Source: Alphaproteobacteria bacterium (GTDB taxonomy: Bacteria; Pseudomonadota; Alphaproteobacteria; MPNO01; UBA830). From it: a stretch of DNA of 64,000 bases. The DNA lies in NCBI GenBank assembly GCA_965214975.1, contig OZ244055.1, forward strand, positions 598,994 to 662,993. Direction: 5' to 3'. The notes beneath the pieces are model-generated. The model was not told the origin of the DNA. It ran no database searches and saw only the letters and a list, made by a program, of their open reading frames with translations. Shown here piece by piece: positions 47,667-58,638 of the stretch. The translations under genes were made by a program, and so were the position numbers. Each line of letters starts with the position of its first letter. Position 1 is the first letter of the stretch.

Positions 47667-48524
47667 ATGGGCAGCCACGAGACCCGGGCGCTTCTCGCCC
47701 GCATCGCCGACGCGCTTGACCGCCTCTCTCCGCCGTCCGGCGACGAGCCGCTCGACGACGGCTGCGAAGCCTACGTCTGGCGTCCCGAAGCGGCGCGGCT
47801 CGCGCCCGTGCGCGAGGTCAGTCGCGTCGATATCGGGCTTCTCGTCGGCATCGACAGGATCCGGGATTCCCTGCTCGAGAACACGCGCTGGTTCGCGCGG
47901 GGCCTGCCGGCCAACAACGTCCTCCTCTGGGGCGCGCGCGGCATGGGCAAGAGCTCCCTTGTCAAGGCCGTTCACGGCAAGGTCGCGAAGGAGGCCGGCG
48001 GCACGCTGGCGCTGGTGGAGATCCACCGCGAGGATCTGCCGTCGCTGGCGGCGCTTCTGGACCGGCTTCGCGGTTGTCCGCGGAATTTCATCCTGTTCTG
48101 CGACGATCTGTCCTTCGACGCCGGGGACGCCACCTACAAGTCGCTCAAGGCGATGCTCGAGGGCGGCATCGAGGGCCGTCCCCGCAACGTGGTGTTCTAC
48201 GCGACGTCGAACCGCCGCCACCTGATGCCGCGCGAGATGATCGAGAACGAGCGCTCCACCGGGATCAACCCCGGCGAGGCGACGCAGGAGAAAGTTTCGC
48301 TCTCGGACCGTTTCGGCCTGTGGCTGGGTTTCCACCACTGCGACCAGGACACCTTTCTCGCCATCGTCGACCGCTATGCGGAACACTTCGGAATCGGCGT
48401 CGACCGCTCCGTCCTCCATGCCGAGGCGACGGAGTGGTCGATCACCCGGGGCGCCCGCTCGGGGCGCGTCGCCTGGCAGTTCGTGCAGCACCTCGCGGGC
48501 AGGACGGGCACGAGACTCTCCTGA
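47667..48524 (+). CDS. DUF815-type ATP-binding protein (AAA-like).
   Basis: NNVLLWGARGMGKSSLVKAV (Walker A)...ILFCDDLSF (Walker B). This family is commonly found next to yajC-secDF in alphaproteobacteria. ATG at 47667. Confidence 0.75.
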   Translation: MGSHETRALLARIADALDRLSPPSGDEPLDDGCEAYVWRPEAARLAPVREVSRVDIGLLVGIDRIRDSLLENTRWFARGLPANNVLLWGARGMGKSSLVKAVHGKVAKEAGGTLALVEIHREDLPSLAALLDRLRGCPRNFILFCDDLSFDAGDATYKSLKAMLEGGIEGRPRNVVFYATSNRRHLMPREMIENERSTGINPGEATQEKVSLSDRFGLWLGFHHCDQDTFLAIVDRYAEHFGIGVDRSVLHAEATEWSITRGARSGRVAWQFVQHLAGRTGTRLS

Positions 48525-49312
48525 AACGCCGACGGGCCGGACGCGATCGACTCGCGGAGATAGCGTTCAGGGTCGACCGGCTCGTTCCGTTTCCGGAGCT
48601 CGAAATGGAGCTGCGGAGCGGTCACGTTGCCGCTCGCGCCGACCCGCGCGACCACCTGTCCCTGCCGCACGTTCTGCCCCTGCCGCACGAGCGTCGTCTC
48701 GTTGTGCGCGTAGGCCGAAACCCAGACGCCGTCGTGGCGGATCAGCAGCAGGTTCCCGAACCCCGGGATCTCGTTTCCGACATAGGCGACGACGCCGCCT
48801 CCGACCGCCCGCACGGGGCTTCCCCGTGGCGCGCCGATGTTGATGCCGTCGTTGTAGAGACCCTTGCCGATGCGGCCGTAGCGCGAGATCACGGGGCCCT
48901 TGAGCGGCCAGATGAAGCGGTTGCCCCCCGCTTTCGGCGGCGTCGGCGCAGGCGGACGCCGTTCCTCCCGGGGCGGCAGGGCGGCGGTCTTCGTGCCGTC
49001 GCTTCCGCGGGCACTCCCGCCGTCCCAGCGGCCGCCGCCGGCTGTCCGCGCAGGCCGGGCCGGCTCCCCGGGCAACGTCAGAAGCTGTCCGGGGCGGATG
49101 ACGTAGGGGGGGGCCGCGCCGTTGGCGTCGATCAGGGCGCGCAGGCCCACGCCGTGCCGGCGGGCGATCTTGTAGAGCGTGTCGCCCGGGCGCACGACGG
49201 CCTTGCCGTCCTTGCTGCCCTGCACGACCGGCGCCGGGGTCGACGAACAGGCGGCCAGAACCGCAGCCAGCACCGGAACCGCCCAGGAAAAGTCTTTCGC
49301 CGACCGGGGCAT
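48374..49312 (-). CDS. LysM-domain M23 family peptidoglycan metalloendopeptidase (lipoprotein).
   Basis: Lipobox LAAC; LysM (VRPGDTLYKIARRHG); M23 core (HDGVWVSAYAHN...GASGNVTAPQLHFELR). The reading frame lacks a stop for ~50 codons past the usual family end and overlaps the convergent DUF815 gene by ~150 nt, so the 3' end is uncertain. Confidence 0.7.
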   Translation of the reverse strand: MPRSAKDFSWAVPVLAAVLAACSSTPAPVVQGSKDGKAVVRPGDTLYKIARRHGVGLRALIDANGAAPPYVIRPGQLLTLPGEPARPARTAGGGRWDGGSARGSDGTKTAALPPREERRPPAPTPPKAGGNRFIWPLKGPVISRYGRIGKGLYNDGINIGAPRGSPVRAVGGGVVAYVGNEIPGFGNLLLIRHDGVWVSAYAHNETTLVRQGQNVRQGQVVARVGASGNVTAPQLHFELRKRNEPVDPERYLRESIASGPSAFQESLVPVLPARCCTNCQATRPERAPRVIDHSVASAWRTERSTPIPKCSA

Positions 49313-49947
49313 GGCGCCGAGTCCCGTCTCCCGTCCGCCGAACGGGCTCGATCCGTTCGCGGTTCCGCTCCGGCTTCCGCGTCGTCCCGCCCGTCTCGGA
49401 GCCGGTTTTCCCGGCCCCCGGGCACGTTCTCCGATGGTGTATCAGCGTGGACGGGATATCAAGCGCCTTCACGTGAGGCGCGCGGTCCGCTTCCTGTCCG
49501 GCAACCGGTGCACCGGCCTGTCCGGCGGGTCGTTCGGAAGCGCGTTTCTCCCTCCGCGTGCCGGTTCGGACCCGACGGAGCCGCCCCGATCGCGCGGCGG
49601 GCGGTTCCACGCCCGCCGCCGGCACTCGGTCACGACAGGCACGGGCCTTCCCGGGCGAAGGGCGCCGGTTCGGTGCCGCGGATCGCAATGGTCTCGATGC
49701 GGCGCCGGCGACGGAACAGCCGGACGAGCGTGTCGACGGAGTTCGTCGCCCCAGGCCGGCCGGGCGGGGCGCCGAGGCCGGAGGGGCGGTCGGGAAGGCG
49801 GGGCGGGCCGAAGCCAGTGCGCGACGGGAAGTCCGGTCGCGTTCCCGATATCCTCGACCGTGGCGACCGCGGCAACCCTCCCGCCGCCGGCGACGCCGTC
49901 ACCGACCCGGATCCGGACGACGTGCCGGCCGGTCGGGGGGGCTCCTC

Positions 49948-52323
49948 TCAGATCCTGCCGAGCGCCTCGAGCACGATCTCGGGGGTCATCGGCTGTTCGG
50001 TGACCCGCCCCTTCGCGATCGGGCGGATGGCGTCGTTCACGGCGTTCATGACCACGCCCGGGGCGGCGCCGGTTCCGGATTCCCCGGCGCCCTTGGCGCC
50101 GAGTTCGGATTCGCTGGTCGGCGTCTCGACATGGGCGACGCCGATGTCGGGCATCTCTCCGGCCATCGGCGTGATGTAGTCGGCCATGGTGCCGTTGGTC
50201 AGCTGGCCGTGCGCGTCGTAGACGCAGCGCTCGTAGAGCGCTCCGCCGAGACCCTGGACCGTGCCGCCGCGCACTTGCTCGTCGGCGAGCTGCGGGTTGA
50301 TGATGCGTCCGCAGTCCTCGACCACCCAATGCGCGAGGTGGCGGATCCATCCGGTGTCCGCGTCCACCTCGACCCAGGCGCCGTGGATGCCGTTGGTGAA
50401 GATGTAGGGCAGATCCCGCAGCCGGTAGCGCCGGGTGTGGGACAGGACCGGCTGGTAGTCGTCGGGCAGTTCCCCGAGCTGGAAGTGGCCGATTCTCCCG
50501 ATTTCGTCGAGGGGGATCCGCGGCGTTCCCGAACCGGCGGCGACGACGTCTCCGTCGACGATGTCGAGGGTGTCCGGGGCGGCCTGCAGCAGATGTCCGG
50601 CCATTTCCAGGATCTCCCCGCGCAGGTCGAGCGCGGCCTGGTAGGCGGCCTCGCCGCCGATCGCGGTGGCCCGGGAGGCGTAGGTTCCGCCGCCGTAGGG
50701 CACGGCGTCGGTGTCGCCGGAGATCGCCCGCACCCGTTCCGCGGGAACGCCGATCGCCGCTGCGGCGATCTGCTCCATGACCGTGTCCACGCCCTGTCCC
50801 TGGTCGGTCACGCCGAGATGCACGAGAACGCCACCCGAGGGCTCGAGCTTGACGGTGGCGGCGTCCTGGGCCGCGATGCGGGCGCCGCCCGCGCCGTAGT
50901 AGCCGACGGGGCTTGGCGCCGTGCCCTTGATGAAGCCCGCGATCCCGATGCCGCGCCAGATTCCCCGTTCGCGCAGCGCCGCCTGCTCCGCCCGGAGCTC
51001 GTCGTATTTCATCAGCTCGAGGAGCTTCTCGAGGCACGCCTGGTGGGACAGATCCTTCATCGTGATGCCGGCGCCGATCTCGCGCGGGTAGGAATCGTCC
51101 TCCATCACGTTGCGGCGCCGGACCTCCGCGGGATCCAGGCCCGTCGCTTCGGCCGCCAGATCCATCATCGCCTCCCCGACCGAGATCCCGATCGGGTGTC
51201 CGACCGCGCGGTACTGCGACGTCGGCACGGCGTTGAGATAGGCCACCCGCGCCCTGGCCCGGTAGTTCGGGTGCTTGTAGGGGCCGAAGGTGACGTTGAG
51301 AATCTGGTTGGCCTCGAAAACGCTGGTCCGCGGGTACTGGGAATAGGCGCCGATGCCGGCCAGCACGTCGATCTCCGCCGCCGTCATCGTGCCGTCGTTC
51401 ATGACCGCGATCCGGGCCCGGACGCGGTTCTCCCGGGCGTGGATGTCCGAGACGAACGATTCCAGGCGGTCGGCGACGAACTTGACCGGACGCCCGAGCC
51501 TGACAGCGGCCGCGGCCGCGGCCACCTCGTCGCCGAAGGTGTGGATCTTGAGGCCGAAGGAGCCGCCGACATCGGGCGCGACGACCCGGACGTTGTGCTC
51601 GTCGATCCCCAGGGTCCGCGCGAAGACGGTCTGCATCATGTGCGGGCACTGGCTCGAGGCATGAAGCGTCAGCCGCCCGGTTCCCGGGTCGTGCTCGGCG
51701 ACGAGCGTGCGGGGTTCCAGGCTGACCGCGGTGTGCCTTCCGAACCGGAACGTCTCCTCGATCACGTGGTCGGCGCCGCGGAACGCGGCGTCGACGTCGC
51801 CCGAGCCGGTCTCCTTCTCCCAGGCCAGGTTGTCGCCGAGCTCGGGGTGGATGGGCGCGTCGCCGAGCGCCGTTTCCTTGTCGATGACGACAGGGAGCTC
51901 CTCGTAGGCGATCTCGACCAGCTCGGCGGCGTCCTCGGCCTCGGCGCGCGTGTCGGCGACGACCATGACCACCGGTTCGCCGTGCCAGCAGGCGCGGTCC
52001 ACGGCCATCGGGTGCTGGGGCGCCGCCTTCATCCCCGGAAACACCGTCAGCGTGCCGATCCAGGGGCCGGTGCACGTTTCCGCGAGCTCGCGGCCGGTCA
52101 CGACCAGCTTGACGCCGTGCGCCGACCTCGCCCTTCCGGTGTCGATCGAGAGGATGCGGGCGTGGGCGTGGGGGCTGCGCACGAAGGCCGCATGCAGCGC
52201 GCGGGGCGGGGCGATGTCGTCCGCGTAGCGCGCGCGGCCGGCGACGGCGCGCCGGGCCCGGGCGCGGGAAAGGCTGCGGCCGATGTAGGAGTTGGGCCGT
52301 TCGTAGGGGTGGACGGCGGTCAT
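49948..52323 (-). CDS. Molybdopterin-binding large subunit of a second CoxL-like molybdenum hydroxylase (AYRAVG-type).
   Basis: MTAVHPYERPNSYIGRSLSRARARRAVAGRARYADDIAPP...GGSFGLK...QYRAVGHP..., 791 aa. The ATG overlaps the coxS-like stop (ATGA). It is a paralogue of 11840..14215. Confidence 0.85.
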   Translation of the reverse strand: MTAVHPYERPNSYIGRSLSRARARRAVAGRARYADDIAPPRALHAAFVRSPHAHARILSIDTGRARSAHGVKLVVTGRELAETCTGPWIGTLTVFPGMKAAPQHPMAVDRACWHGEPVVMVVADTRAEAEDAAELVEIAYEELPVVIDKETALGDAPIHPELGDNLAWEKETGSGDVDAAFRGADHVIEETFRFGRHTAVSLEPRTLVAEHDPGTGRLTLHASSQCPHMMQTVFARTLGIDEHNVRVVAPDVGGSFGLKIHTFGDEVAAAAAAVRLGRPVKFVADRLESFVSDIHARENRVRARIAVMNDGTMTAAEIDVLAGIGAYSQYPRTSVFEANQILNVTFGPYKHPNYRARARVAYLNAVPTSQYRAVGHPIGISVGEAMMDLAAEATGLDPAEVRRRNVMEDDSYPREIGAGITMKDLSHQACLEKLLELMKYDELRAEQAALRERGIWRGIGIAGFIKGTAPSPVGYYGAGGARIAAQDAATVKLEPSGGVLVHLGVTDQGQGVDTVMEQIAAAAIGVPAERVRAISGDTDAVPYGGGTYASRATAIGGEAAYQAALDLRGEILEMAGHLLQAAPDTLDIVDGDVVAAGSGTPRIPLDEIGRIGHFQLGELPDDYQPVLSHTRRYRLRDLPYIFTNGIHGAWVEVDADTGWIRHLAHWVVEDCGRIINPQLADEQVRGGTVQGLGGALYERCVYDAHGQLTNGTMADYITPMAGEMPDIGVAHVETPTSESELGAKGAGESGTGAAPGVVMNAVNDAIRPIAKGRVTEQPMTPEIVLEALGRI

Positions 52324-52823
52324 CGCGCGCTCCGTTCGCCGCCCGCGGCGCGGCGCGCGGCGCCGACGGTTTCGATGGCGTCGACGATCGCGTGGTAGCC
52401 GGTGCACCGGCAGTAGTTGCCGGACATGAACTCGCGGATGTCCTCGCGGCTTCGCTGCCGGTTCCCGGCCAGCAGTTCCGCCGCGGTCATCAGCATCCCG
52501 GGCGTGCAGTATCCGCACTGCAGCGCGTTCCGCTCCACGAACGCGTCCTGCAGGTCCGCGATCTCCCCGGACTCGCTCAGCCCCTCGATCGTCGTGATCT
52601 CGGAGCCGTCGCACTGCACCGCCAGCATCAGGCAGCCCCTGACCACGGCGCCGTCGACGCGCAGCGAGCAGGCGCCGCACACCCCGTGTTCGCAGCCGAG
52701 ATGCGAACCGGTCAGCCCGAGTTCGGAGCGCAGGAAATCCACCAGGTGCCGGCGCACGGGAACGCTCCGGGTCACCGGCTCGCCGTTGACCGTCATCGAG
52801 ACCGTCGCCGTCTCCTCGTTCAT
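52320..52823 (-). CDS. (2Fe-2S)-binding small subunit (CoxS-like), second copy.
   Basis: GCEHGVCGACSLRVDG...CGYCTPGM...CRCTGY, 167 aa. ATG at 52823. Confidence 0.9.
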   Translation of the reverse strand: MNEETATVSMTVNGEPVTRSVPVRRHLVDFLRSELGLTGSHLGCEHGVCGACSLRVDGAVVRGCLMLAVQCDGSEITTIEGLSESGEIADLQDAFVERNALQCGYCTPGMLMTAAELLAGNRQRSREDIREFMSGNYCRCTGYHAIVDAIETVGAARRAAGGERSAR

Positions 52824-53692
52824 GCCTTGCCCCCGGCGCGGGCGACGGCGGCGTCCAGGGCGCGCCCGCTCAGCACTTTCTGGAGATGCATCTTCATCGC
52901 CGGGCTTCCGGCCAGATTGTCCATCGGATCGAGGTCGTCCTCGAGCGCGGTCTCGACGGCCCGTCTCGTCTCGTCCGACCATTCGCGCCCCGCCAGCGCC
53001 GCCGCGGCGCGGACGCCGACGACCGGCCGGTCCTCGCTCGCGAAATAGACCAGCCGCATCTCGTTGACCGTCCGTCCCGAGAGGCTGCCGCAGGCCGCGA
53101 CCCCCGCGACGGCGAAGTCCCCCCTTCGCCGCGCGAGTTCCATGAAGACCGAGACGTTCTCCGCCCTCTGCGCCGGAAGGCGGACCTCGACGAGGAGCTC
53201 GTCGTCGCGGCGGGCGGTCTCGTAGAGGCCCAGGAAATAGTCGTCGGCCGCGACCTCGCGCGTCCCAGAGACGCTGCGCAGCACGATCGTGCCGCCGAGC
53301 GCGAGAACGCAGGCCGGCAGTTCCGCGGCCGGGTCGGCGAGCGCGACGCTGCCGCCGAAGGTTCCCCGGTTGCGCACCGCGACATGGGCGACGTGCGGCA
53401 TCGCCTCGGCGACCAGCGGCAGGCGTTCGGCGACGATTCCGGATCCCATGACCTCGGCGTGGCGGGCCAGCGCGCCGATGCGCACGGTGTCGCCGTCGAC
53501 GGAGATGCCCCCGAGCTCGTCGAGGCGGTTGATGTCGACGAGAAGCCTGGGCCTCGAGAGGCGCATGTTGAGCGTCGGCATGAGACTCTGGCCGCCCGCG
53601 AGGACGCGGGCGTCGTCCCCGTGCTCTTCGAGGAGACCGAGGGCGTGGGGCACGCTCTCGGCACGCACGTATCCGAACTTCGGCGCCTTCAC
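52820..53692 (-). CDS. FAD-binding medium subunit (CoxM-like), second copy.
   Basis: MKAPKFGYVRAESVPHALGLLEEHGDDARVLAGGQSLMPTLNMRL...AVRNRGTFGGS, 290 aa. Its stop overlaps the coxS-like start. Confidence 0.8.
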   Translation of the reverse strand: MKAPKFGYVRAESVPHALGLLEEHGDDARVLAGGQSLMPTLNMRLSRPRLLVDINRLDELGGISVDGDTVRIGALARHAEVMGSGIVAERLPLVAEAMPHVAHVAVRNRGTFGGSVALADPAAELPACVLALGGTIVLRSVSGTREVAADDYFLGLYETARRDDELLVEVRLPAQRAENVSVFMELARRRGDFAVAGVAACGSLSGRTVNEMRLVYFASEDRPVVGVRAAAALAGREWSDETRRAVETALEDDLDPMDNLAGSPAMKMHLQKVLSGRALDAAVARAGGKA

Positions 53693-53817
53693 GCTGGCCT
53701 CCCGTTCCCGGAGTTTCGCGGACCGGACAGGATTCCACCGGCGCGACGGCGGCGCAAGTGGCTTTTGCGGTCGGGGGCGAGGGGATATGCTGTCGTCCTC
53801 CGCGCGGGGGAGACACC

Positions 53818-54711
53818 GTGAAACTGCGCACCCATGACCGCTACGACTACTCCCCGATCGTCGACCGGCCCGACTACGACTGGCCCGGCGGACGCAGGCT
53901 TGCGGTGTATTTCGGACTGAACATCGAGCATTTCAGCTTCGGCGAGGGGCTCGGCCACACGCCGACGGCGCCCGGCGCCGAACCCGACGTTCGCAACTAC
54001 GCCTGGCGGGACTACGGGCTTCGGGTCGGGATCTGGCGCATCTTCGATCTGTTCGAGGAGTTCGGCCTGCCGCTGTGCCATCTCATGAACACGGCGGTCT
54101 ACGACCACGCGCTCCGGATTCCGGAGCGCATCCGCGAGCGCGGGGACGAGTTCATCGGGCACGGGCGCACCAATTCGGAGGCCCAGGGCGGACTCTCGGA
54201 GGACGAGGAACGGAAGCTCGTCGAGGAGGCGACGGAGGCGTTCCGGCGCCACGAGGGCGAGGCCCCGGGAGGCTGGATGGGGCCGTGGATCTCGGAGAGC
54301 CGTGCCACGCCGGACCTTCTCAAGGAGGCCGGCTACAGCTACGTCATGGACTGGTCGGCGGACGACCAGCCGTTCTGGATGCGCACCCGCGCGGGGCCGC
54401 TCCTCGCGATCCCCTACCACATCGAGATCAACGATTCGCCGGCCCAGCTCACCCGGCGCCACACCGCGGACGACTTCACCCGCATCGTGATGCGGCATTT
54501 CGACGAGCAGGTTCGCCAGAGCGCCGGGCAGCCGCTGGTGTTCAGCCTGGCGCTGCACACTTTCGTCGTCGGGCAACCCTACCGGCTCGCGGGCCTTCGC
54601 GACATCCTGCGGCACATGACCGGCCACCCGGAAGCGCACCGCGTGTGGTTCACGCGGCCTCGGGACATCTACGCGCATGTCTCGGCGCTGCCGGCGGGGA
54701 CGGTGCCCTGA
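53818..54711 (+). CDS. Polysaccharide deacetylase family protein (PuuE-allantoinase-like / NodB fold).
   Basis: KLRTHDRYDYSPIVDRPDYDWPGGRRLAVYFGLNIEHFSFGEG...HGRTN... is a NodB-homology domain similar in architecture to PuuE. GTG at 53818 has a GGGGGAGA RBS; an alternative ATG is at 53758. It is divergent from the second cox-like operon. Confidence 0.65.
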   Translation: MKLRTHDRYDYSPIVDRPDYDWPGGRRLAVYFGLNIEHFSFGEGLGHTPTAPGAEPDVRNYAWRDYGLRVGIWRIFDLFEEFGLPLCHLMNTAVYDHALRIPERIRERGDEFIGHGRTNSEAQGGLSEDEERKLVEEATEAFRRHEGEAPGGWMGPWISESRATPDLLKEAGYSYVMDWSADDQPFWMRTRAGPLLAIPYHIEINDSPAQLTRRHTADDFTRIVMRHFDEQVRQSAGQPLVFSLALHTFVVGQPYRLAGLRDILRHMTGHPEAHRVWFTRPRDIYAHVSALPAGTVP

Positions 54712-55044
54712 CGCTGGTCGGCAAGGCGGCGGTGCGGCGACAGCGTTCGGCGTCCCGGGAAGCGGTCGGCCCGGCGCCGACGGGAACGGCGGTCTTCAGG
54801 GGGTCGGCCCGTGCCGCGGCGGCCTCTCTCTCTCCGGCCAGCGGCCCCGCGGGCCGGTTCGATGCCGCCTGCGCGGCGCCCGGGGCGGTGCGGAGGCTGT
54901 CGTCGCGGAAAGCGGCGACCGCGACCGTGCCGGTCCGGGGCAAGACCCGGTTGCGGCGAAGCGCGGAGGTCGCGGACGGGCGCGTCGTCCAGCCATTGCG
55001 CGTCGGATCCCGCGTGAGCGGGGCCAGCGCTCCCGGCCACGGCG

Positions 55045-57135
55045 TCATCTTCCCGCCACCGGAGCCGAGGCCGGGGTGACCGCCTTGACCCGGTTGCCGG
55101 CCGCGTCCGTGTAGAGGACGTGCGCCCGCAGACGGTGGCCGACGTCGGCTTCGGACACGATGTACCGAAAGCTTTCGCCGCAAAGGCCGTCATTCGGGAA
55201 CCGGCTCCATCCCGCCTTGTCATTGCCGCGCTCGAATCGCCACGTTCCGCGGTCCGTGACGCCGGCCGTTCTCGTCGCGTCCGACAGGCGGACGACGAAC
55301 TCCTCGCCCACGGCGGCGCTGCCGTCGCCGACGATGACGGCGGCGACCGTGACGGGACTCGCAAGGCGCCCGTTCACGGACTCCCTGTCGGAGAACGCCG
55401 CGAAGCTCTCGCGCACCCACCGGCGGTCCGCGTCGAAAGGCATCCACAGGCCGGAACCGACCCGAACGGCATAGGGCGCCACGCCGAGGGCCTCGGCTTC
55501 ACTGGAAGCTGCCGGGAAGACTTCGTGGAAGCGGACCCCGCGCTCGTCGAGATATCCGGGTGGCACGCAACGGTCGTGCGCCATGCTCCGTTGGCTGTTG
55601 GGCCGCGAGACCGGATGGCGCGCGATCGTCGCGTCGGTCAATCCGTGGGTGTCGATAACCTTCAGGTCCGGAATATAGAATGAAAAAACGCCTATGTCGC
55701 CTCGGGCCGTCACGGCATCATCGGGGAGCGCGCCGCGTTCCATGCTCTCGTACGGCCGAAATCGGCGAAGCCGCCATTCGACGAATTCGCCATGGTCCGC
55801 GAATCTGTTCCCCACGTTCTGCCGATTGAGATTCCGGCGCAGATCGCTGGCGACCGCGTTGATCGTTTCCATCCCCGGCGCCGCGAGCAGCCACCCCGCG
55901 TCCCGCTCGTCGAGCTCGGGAAGACTCTCGTGAAGACTCTTGCCGCTCCTGGCGGACTCGAACAGCAGCGCGCCCTGCATGGCCCCGGCGTAGAACAGCA
56001 CGGGCGCGAACAGGACCAGGGCGCATGTCCGGGTTCCCGGCCACCGGAACCGGGGGGGGACTCCCCACCATTTTGAAAGGGCTTGGAACGCGCGCGGGTA
56101 CGCGCGATTCGCGGCCCCGGCGCCCAGGCGGGCGATGCCGGCGGCGGCGGGGACGGCCAGCAGCGGCCAGTAGAAGTCCAGAGGACGCCACTCGAAGTGG
56201 TCGCCGCCGATCCGGGCGACGTAGGCCGCGTGAACGGCGACGCAGGCCAGGGCCAGCGCGCAGGTTCCGTCCCGCGCCGTTCGCCAGCGCGCCCACAGCC
56301 CCGCCAGCGCCAGCGGCGCCAGCAGGTACAGCCCGGTCTCCAGAGCGGCCGCCCAGAGATAGCGGAAGCCCGCCTCGTACCACGGCCGCACGTGCTTGGC
56401 GTGGTAGGTGTTGGGCAGCCACTCGCCGTAGTAGCCGTAGCGGAACAGGTAGTGCGCCACGACGACCGCGGCGAACGGCGCGCCCAGGCTCGCGAGGTCG
56501 CGCCAGTCCGGCCGCCAGCGGCCGGTGTCGGCCCGTCGCTGGAAGGCGAACCAGCCGAAACAGCACGCGGCGACCAGCGGTCCCTCGGGCCGGGTCAGCG
56601 CCGCCAGCGCCAGGCACAGCGAAGCGGCCAGAAGCCCCGGGCGGCGGTCCCGGTGAAGGCCCAGGCACACCACGGCCAGGACGACGAGGAACGTGAACTG
56701 CCGCGTTTCCAGCCCGCCGCCGGAAGTCCACACCGCGAAGGTGGCGCTGCCGCACACGAGCCCCATCGCCATCCAGGCGACCAGCCACCGGTGGGGCAGC
56801 GCGGGCCAACGCGCCACCCACCACAGCATCGCGGCGAGCGTGGCGGCGGTGAAGACCGTCGACAGCCACGGGGCGGCGTGCTCGGGACGCAGGCCGAACG
56901 CGCCCCAGAGCGCCGCCAGCTCCAGCACCCACAGGAAGTTGGAGTACCCCTCGACCCGCTCGCCCGGGTTGAAGACCAGGCCGTGCCCTTCCAGCAGGTT
57001 GCGGGCGTAGCGGAAGCTGATGAAGGCGTCGTCGGTCAGGAACCAGGACGCCTCGGCCATCCAGCCCAGCAACGCCAGCCACGGCAGGAACAGCGGCAAC
57101 CCCAGCAGAACGTGAACCCGTCTGATGCGCGACAT
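55045..57135 (-). CDS. Integral-membrane GT-C-fold glycosyltransferase (GT39/GT83-like) with a C-terminal soluble domain.
   Basis: N-terminal [35 protein letters not shown] (a conserved GT-C motif region) followed by ~12 TM helices, 696 aa. Confidence 0.7.
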   Translation of the reverse strand: MSRIRRVHVLLGLPLFLPWLALLGWMAEASWFLTDDAFISFRYARNLLEGHGLVFNPGERVEGYSNFLWVLELAALWGAFGLRPEHAAPWLSTVFTAATLAAMLWWVARWPALPHRWLVAWMAMGLVCGSATFAVWTSGGGLETRQFTFLVVLAVVCLGLHRDRRPGLLAASLCLALAALTRPEGPLVAACCFGWFAFQRRADTGRWRPDWRDLASLGAPFAAVVVAHYLFRYGYYGEWLPNTYHAKHVRPWYEAGFRYLWAAALETGLYLLAPLALAGLWARWRTARDGTCALALACVAVHAAYVARIGGDHFEWRPLDFYWPLLAVPAAAGIARLGAGAANRAYPRAFQALSKWWGVPPRFRWPGTRTCALVLFAPVLFYAGAMQGALLFESARSGKSLHESLPELDERDAGWLLAAPGMETINAVASDLRRNLNRQNVGNRFADHGEFVEWRLRRFRPYESMERGALPDDAVTARGDIGVFSFYIPDLKVIDTHGLTDATIARHPVSRPNSQRSMAHDRCVPPGYLDERGVRFHEVFPAASSEAEALGVAPYAVRVGSGLWMPFDADRRWVRESFAAFSDRESVNGRLASPVTVAAVIVGDGSAAVGEEFVVRLSDATRTAGVTDRGTWRFERGNDKAGWSRFPNDGLCGESFRYIVSEADVGHRLRAHVLYTDAAGNRVKAVTPASAPVAGR

Positions 57136-57402
57136 GCGAGGTCAATTCGACTTCGTGGACATCCGCCCCGCGATGCAGGAACGGTTCTCAGTCGTGGCCG
57201 AGGCCCCGGACCGGGCGAGACCGCTCGTTGCCGAGTCCCGCCAAACCCCCGGCCCGCCGGTTGCCGGACTCTTTCGCCGGACGACACCCTGCACCCTACA
57301 CCCTGTACCGGTTGATGACACCCGGGGTTGGCAGTTCGCCGATGGACAGGATCTTCACCGTGGGCTGCGTTTTCGGGGAAGGGGCACGTGGCCGATGTCG
57401 CA

Positions 57403-58638
57403 TCATGCCGACTTTCGGAACATGATCCGGGCGTACGCCTCGGCGGCCCGCTCCACGGTGAACACCATTGCCCGCTGGCGCAGCGGTTCCCGTGGCGGCG
57501 GGTCGTCCAGGGTGGTGACGATGGCCGCTGCCAGCGCCGCGTCGTCACCGACAGGCAAGAGGTTCTCCCCCCTGAGAATCTCGGACGGGCCGATGCAGTC
57601 GGTGCTGACCACCGGGCAGCCGCACGCCAGCGCCTCGATGAGAGCCGCCGACAGCGACTCGGACTTCGACGACAGGACGAACACACCGGCGCGGGACATC
57701 CAGGCGAAGGGGTTGGGGACGAAGCCCGGCATCGCCACGTCCTGCGTGACGCCCAGCGCCGCCGCCATCGCCTCCAGTTCGCCGCGCCGGTCGCCCTCGC
57801 CGAGAATCGCCAGCCGCGCCGGTCTCTGTCGGCGGACGCGGGCGAAGGCGCGAATCAGCGTCGGGAAGTCCTTGTCGTCCACCAGCCGGCCGACGCCGAG
57901 GATCACCGGCGGGGCGCCCGGGCGGAACCATGGATGTTCGGGCGGGGAGGAGGGCGCCGCCGCCAGTTCGGAGCCGACGACGGGATTGTGGATGACGACG
58001 ATGCGTTCCCGCGGGATGCGGAGGGTGCGGGCCAGGTCGTCGCCCGCCGCTTCCGACACGGCCACGATCGCGTCGGCCTCGAGGAAGGCGCGGCCCATCA
58101 GTCCCGCCGCGCGGCGCGTGCGCCACCCACCCACCTGTGCGGCGTGCATGCGAAGGCGCGCCGTCGCGAGACTGTGATGGGAAATCACGACCCGGGTTCC
58201 GGCGCCGGCGATGCGCCGCGCCAGCAACGCAAGCAGGTTGGACCAGTCCCCGGCGGAGCAGACGACGGCCGGCCGACCGCGCCGCAGATACCGCACCAGA
58301 GCAAGGAGAGCCAGCGTTCCCCGTAGAATTCCCAATGCGCTCGAACGCGGTTGAGCGATCGGCCGCGCCATCAGCAAGCAGCTCCAGAGCAACGCCCTCA
58401 GGCCGCTCGGATGGAGCATGAGAAAACGGGCCAATCGCCAAGGACTGCGTTCGGTCCGCAGGTCGACGATATTGACGGCGGACGGCACCTGGTCCGGATT
58501 GGGGCCCGGAGAGGTCCAAAACAGGAAGTCGACCTGATGCCCGGGGCGGGCAAGGGCGCCTGCCAGGTTGGCGACGACCCTTGCCTGCCCTCCACCGGAC
58601 AGTTCGTGATTGAGCATGGCGATCCTGGTTGATGCCAT
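57403..58638 (-). CDS. Glycosyltransferase family 4 (GT-B).
   Basis: MASTRIAMLNHELSGGGQARVV...EALACGCPVVSTD (the GT4 E-x7-E region). ATG at 58638; the upstream ORF part is junk. Confidence 0.8.
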   Translation of the reverse strand: MASTRIAMLNHELSGGGQARVVANLAGALARPGHQVDFLFWTSPGPNPDQVPSAVNIVDLRTERSPWRLARFLMLHPSGLRALLWSCLLMARPIAQPRSSALGILRGTLALLALVRYLRRGRPAVVCSAGDWSNLLALLARRIAGAGTRVVISHHSLATARLRMHAAQVGGWRTRRAAGLMGRAFLEADAIVAVSEAAGDDLARTLRIPRERIVVIHNPVVGSELAAAPSSPPEHPWFRPGAPPVILGVGRLVDDKDFPTLIRAFARVRRQRPARLAILGEGDRRGELEAMAAALGVTQDVAMPGFVPNPFAWMSRAGVFVLSSKSESLSAALIEALACGCPVVSTDCIGPSEILRGENLLPVGDDAALAAAIVTTLDDPPPREPLRQRAMVFTVERAAEAYARIMFRKSA

